The translations under genes were made by a program, and so were the position numbers. DNA of 64,000 nucleotides. It comes from Eledone cirrhosa. Taxonomy: Eukaryota. Positions 63,101 to 64,000 of the stretch are shown here, piece after piece. The stretch is from NCBI GenBank assembly GCA_964016885.1, contig OZ024744.1, forward strand, positions 113,708,001 to 113,772,000. The letters run 5' to 3'. Under the pieces are notes generated by a model. It saw only the letters and a program-made list of their open reading frames with translations. It was not told where the DNA came from and did no database searches. How positions within the stretch are numbered: the first letter of the stretch is position 1; each line of letters starts with the position of its first letter.

Positions 63101-64000
63101 CACCATCAACAGTAACAACACTGTCATCACCAACAACAGTAACAACATTGTCATCACCATCAACAGTAGTAACATTGCCATCACCATCAAGAGTAATAAC
63201 ATTGTCATCACCATCAACAGTAGTAACATTGTCATCACCATCAACAGTAACAACATTGTCATCACCATCAACAATAGTAACACTGTCATCACCATCAACA
63301 GTAACAACATTGTCATCACCATCAACACTAACAACACTGTCATTACCATCAACAGTAACAACATTGTCAGCACCATCAACAGTAACAACATTGTCATCAC
63401 CATCAACAGTAACACCATTGTCATCACCATCAACAGTAACAACATTGTCATCACCATCAACAGTAACAACATTGTCATCACCATCAACAGTTATAACATT
63501 GTCCTCACCATCAACAGTAGTAACATTGTCATCAACATCAACAGTAGTAACACTGTCATCACCATCAACAGTAACAACATTGTCATCACCATCAACAGTA
63601 GTAACATTGTCATCACCATCAACAGTAACAACAGTCATCACCATCAACAGTAGTAACACTGTCATCACCATCAACAGTAACATTGTCATCACCATCAACA
63701 GTAGTAACATTGTCATCACCATCATCAGTAACAACATTGTCATCACCATCAACAGTAACAACATTGTCATCACCATCAACAGTAGTAACATTGTCATCAC
63801 CATCAACAGTAGTACCATTGTCATCACCATCAACAGTAGTAACATTGTCATCACCATCAACAGTAGTAACATTGTCATCACCATCAACAGTAACAACACT
63901 GTTATCACCATCAACAGTAACAACATTGTCATCACCATCAACAGTAGAAACAATGTCATCACCATCAACAGTAGTAACATTGTCATCACCATCAACAGTA
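51120..64000. repeat. Long-period repeat: ~51.1-53.9 kb recurs at ~61.5-64.0 kb (offset ~10.1-10.4 kb)
   Basis: Same order of rare variants (TCAAGAGTAAT, TTGGCATC, GTCAGCACC, GTCCTCACC, CTGTTATC, AGAAACAATG at 53851/63946); ORFs 51123..53897 and 61482..63995 are near-collinear. Confidence 0.8.
54970..62080. repeat. Imperfect tandem higher-order repeat, two copies of ~3.45-3.65 kb
   Basis: Rare 24-mer CACCAACAGT at 56634/60152 (3518); ORF pairs 56967/60485 and 57218/60736 (3518), 57661/61099 (3438). Confidence 0.8.

Larger units (their letters stand above)
1..64000. repeat. 27-bp tandem satellite/minisatellite array, ~2,400 monomers, head-to-tail, extends beyond both window edges
   Basis: GTCATCACCATCAACAGT-AAC/AGT-AAC-AYT recurs every 27 bp throughout; no inversion or non-repeat insert seen. 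Consensus has 11 A, 8 C, 6 T, 2 G (37% GC) and no CpG. Length variants of 18, 21, 24, 25, 26, 30 and 33 bp are interspersed. Confidence 0.99.
27100..64000. repeat. Satellite sub-family domain B (right)
   Basis: Diagnostic variants seen only here: 26-bp monomer CCGTCTCA (first at 27111, last at 61114), 33-bp monomer ACCATCAAYATCAAC, GTTATAAC (from 30576), CCATCATCAGT. Confidence 0.8.

Noticed and set aside
1-64000. CRISPR array (repeat length in the CRISPR range)
   Set aside because: Monomers abut directly with no unique spacers; no leader or cas genes.
1-64000. G-quadruplex or i-motif forming repeat
   Set aside because: Only one GG/CC dinucleotide per 27 bp; no G-tracts.
1-64000. Transposon insertions, inversions, tRNA or rRNA genes
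   Set aside because: No stretch departing from the monomer by more than a few bases was seen on reading through the window.
1-64000. Purely synthetic or collapsed-assembly sequence
   Set aside because: Hierarchical shared variants, indels and domain structure look like natural satellite evolution, although individual perfect duplications could still be artefacts.

Overview
The whole 64-kb window is one uninterrupted, single-orientation tandem array (satellite/giant minisatellite) of a 27-bp monomer, consensus GTCATCACCATCAACAGT(AAC/AGT)AACA(T/C)T, about 2,400 copies (64,000/27), running off both ends. I found no unique sequence, gene, RNA gene, transposon or CRISPR spacer. The long ORFs arise because four of the six frames of the 27-mer are stop-free (SSPSTVTTL, ITINSNNIV, MVMTMLLLL, VDGDDNVVT); they swap frame at 25/26-bp monomers, and most large duplication offsets are not multiples of 3, so I do not call them genes. 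The information lies in the variant pattern: a monomer built of nine RNY triplets, a four-state variant code with one hypervariable triplet inside a small inverted repeat, nested higher-order repeats (161 bp, 621 bp, ~1 kb, 2.4-4.2 kb, ~10 kb), and two sub-family domains meeting near 27 kb. The organism cannot be determined; a eukaryotic satellite is the most likely interpretation. Duplication boundaries are approximate (read by eye from diagnostic variants and ORF-track offsets).
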